DNA of 64,000 nt from contig JBNRSN020000015.1 in assembly GCA_051313645.2 (NCBI GenBank), positions 84,196,001 to 84,260,000 on the forward strand, given 5' to 3'. The position numbers and the translations under genes were made by a program. This DNA is from Centroscyllium fabricii (Eukaryota). Under the pieces are notes generated by a model that had not been told where the DNA came from, did not search any database, and saw only the letters and a program-made list of their open reading frames with translations. Shown one piece after another: positions 61,021 through 64,000 of this stretch (its first letter is position 1; each line of letters opens with the position of its first letter).

Positions 61021-64000
61021 TGACGTATCGTCAAGGTCTTCAATTAAAAGAGTCGACGCGTAGTTACCGAAACTAAAGGCTTTTAATTACTAAAGAACGG
61101 AGCTACTCTCCTTACGAACTACTATACAGGAATGGATGGAGCCTCGGTCAGACCACACCTATATCGGGGCCTCACCTGGGGGAGGAGTCGGGGGTGTGGC
61201 TGACCTGGCTCCCAGCAGTGTCATAGTAAACAGGGCTGCGCCTAACATCTGCACAGCACATCATTAGCCATGGTGATACAGTGGTAATATAGCTGTAAGA
61301 CGGTTACCACACTCACCCCTTCTTAAAAACTTTGAGTCCGGGGGGGTGAATGGATCGAACAGTTCATAATTAATCTGGCCGGCGGTCGTGTCTGCCTGGA
61401 GGACCGCCGGAGCTCCGGTGTTGGTGGTGATGCCTCCAGGGTCGAATAGCCCGCATCTGCCGGCGCTGTGACTTCAGGTGGCGGTGGGCTCGGCTGGTCC
61501 CCGCCGTCCGGGTCTCAGTCGGGGAAACTCGGGGGCCATCTTGCGTCTGGTGGTTGAACGACCTGCTGGCCCGCAGGGGGCGCTGTGGTGGTGTTTCCGG
61601 CAGGGGCCAGGTCCCTGATGGACACGGTGTCCTCACGCCCGTCTGGGAACTGCACAAAGGCGTAGTGCGGGTTCGCGTGTAGGAGCTGTACCTTGTCCAC
61701 CAGGGGGTCCGTCTTGTGGCTCCGGACGTGCCTTTTAAGCAAAACCGGCCCCGGAGTCGTCAGCCATGGAGGGAGTGCTGTCCCCGAAGTCGACCTCCTG
61801 TTAAACGAGAAAATAAGATCGTGCGGGGTGGCGTTAGTAGCAGTACATAACAGTGATCTGATAGAGTGCAGCTCATCTGGGAGGACTGCCTGCCAATGGG
61901 ACACTGGAAGGCCTCTGGACTTCAGAGCCATGGTGACCGCCTTCCAGATAATCCCATTCTCCCTTTCTACCTGGCCATTCCCCCGGGGGTTATAACTGGT
62001 CGTTCTGCTCGTGGCAACCCCTCTCAGGAGCAGAAACTGGCGCAGTTCATCGCTCATGAACGATGACCCCCGGTCGCTATGGATATAGCTGGGGAGACCG
62101 AAAATGGCGAACAGCGTGGTGAAGTGTTTGATCACCGTTGCGCTCATCATGTCTGGACATGAAGGCGAAGGGGAAGCGGGAGAACTCATCCACTACCGTG
62201 AGGAAGTATGAGTTGCGGTCGGTGGAAGGGAGGGGGCCTTTGAAGTCCACGCTGAGACGTTCAAAGGGGCGGGTGGCCTTGATGAGGTGCGCCGTGTCTG
62301 GCCAGAAAAAGTGGGGTTTGCACTCGGCGCAGACAGGGCACTCTCAGGTTATAGCCTTGATCTCCGTGATGGAGTAGGGGAGGCTACGGGATTTGACGAA
62401 ATGGGCGAGTCTGGTGACACCCGGGTGGCAAAGGCGGTCGTGGAGGTCCTTCAGCCGGTCTAGCTGGGCACTGGCGCATGTTCCCCTGGACAGTGCGTCT
62501 GGGGGTTCGTTGAGTTTGCCTGGTCGGTAAAGAATGTCGTACTCGTAAGTCAAGAGTTCGATCCGCCACCGCAGGATCTTATCATTCTTGATTTTACCCC
62601 GTAGTTTATTGTTAAACATAAACGCCACCGACCGTTGGTCGGTGAGCAGGGTAAAACGCTTACCGGCCAGGTAATGTCGCCAGTAGCGCACGGCCTCCAC
62701 GATGGCCTGGGCCTCCTTTTCCACTGCTGAGTGGCGAGTTTCGTGTCCCTGTAAGGTGCGGGAGAAAAACGCTACGGGCCTGCCTGCCTGATTCAGGGTG
62801 GCAGCAAGGGCAAAGTCCGAAGCGTCGCTCTCCACCTGGAAAGGGATGGATTCATCAACAGCGAGCATGGTCGCCTTGATAATATCTTCCTTTATCCTTG
62901 TGAATGCCATTTGGGCTTCTACAGAAAGGGGGAAGACGGCAGCCTTGAGGAGTGGTCTAGCCTTATCTGCGAACTGTGGGACCCATTGTGCATAATAGGA
63001 GAAAAATCCTAGACATCTCCTCAAGGCTTTGGGGTTCTGAGGCAGGGGCAGTTCTTGCAAGGGTCGCATACGCTGCGGGTCGGGGCCGAGGACCCCGTTC
63101 TCCACCACGTATCCGAGGATGGCGAGCCGGGCTGTATTAAAGACACATTTGTCTTTGTTATACGTGAGGTCTAGCTTAGCCGACGTGGCGAGAAACTTGG
63201 CCAGATTGGCATCGTGGTCCTGCTGGTCGTGGCCGCAGATGGTCACATTGTCCAGGTAAGGGAAGGTGGCCTGCAAGTAATTTTGGTCGACCATACGGTC
63301 CATCTCCCGTTGGAACACTGACACTCCGTTGGTCATGCCAAAGGGGACCCGGAGGAAGTGGTAGAGCCGACCGTTCGCCACGAAGGCGGTGTAGGGGCGG
63401 TCGGCTTTCCGAATCGGGAGCTGGTGATACGCCGATTTAAGGTCGATCGTAGAGAACACCTTGTACTGGGCGATCTGGTTTACCATTTCTGAGATGCGGG
63501 GAAGGGGGTAGGCGTCGAGCCCGGTGTAGCGGTTGATAGTCTGGCTGTAATCGATAACCAGCCGCTGTTTTTCCCCAGAATTAACCAGTACAACTTGGGC
63601 ACGCCAGGGGCTGGTGCTGGCTTCAATAATCCCCTCCTTCAGCATCCGCCCGACCTCCGACCTGATAAACGTGCGATCCCCCTCACTGTACCGCCGACAT
63701 TTAGTGGCAATGGGTTTGCACTTTGGATCGAGATTGGCGAACAGCGAGGGGGGGTCGATTTTCAGGGTGGAGAGGCCGCAGGCCGGGGTCCACTTTGGGG
63801 GGAGATTGTCCCGGTTACTGAGGGTGAGGGGGGGTAAGGTCCCGCCGAACTCCATTGTCACACTCCTGAAGTGGCACTGGAAATGCAAACCTAGTAAGGC
63901 TGGGGCACACAACTGTTGGAGGGTATACAATTTAAAATTACGGTACACGCGCCCCTGGACGGTGAGCGTGACGGAGCAGTAGCCGGTGATGTCCGCGGTG
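61021..64000 (-). mobile_element. Gypsy element 3' half: pol, PPT (61312-61328) and 3' LTR (61311-61021)
   Basis: LTR similar to 59912-60200 in inverted orientation; PPT AAGAAGGGGTGAG. Confidence 0.95.
61370..64000 (-). pseudogene. Gypsy pol (protease end, RT, RNase H, integrase) with a stop at 62344 and frameshifts
   Basis: 534-aa ORF with YLDN, ESDASDF, HPG; integrase IHSDRGSSF, NGQVERENG. Confidence 0.95.

Overview
Vertebrate genomic DNA, very probably cartilaginous fish (V-SINE/HE1-like, DeuSINE, CR1 and Penelope content), made up mostly of nested transposable elements; I could not identify a host gene. Content: a degraded Tx1/L1-clade LINE (1497-10700) inserted into a SINE tRNA head and itself carrying LTR, Harbinger, Penelope and SINE insertions; several Gypsy LTR retrotransposons; a young Gag-protease-chromodomain (RT-less) sushi-like element; CR1, L2 and RTE fragments; Harbinger and Tigger-like MITEs; Penelope fragments with minimal hammerhead ribozyme motifs. 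Most notable: four different Gypsy elements lack a tRNA primer-binding site. Each instead has, 1 nt after the 5' LTR, a 13-15 nt sequence perfectly complementary to the poly(A)-signal segment of its own LTR, and the pairing covaries between elements. This suggests an unusual self-priming and/or poly(A)-occlusion mechanism. Two elements of this group also share a hairpin over the polypurine tract. All coordinates were read by eye; boundaries without a TSD are approximate.
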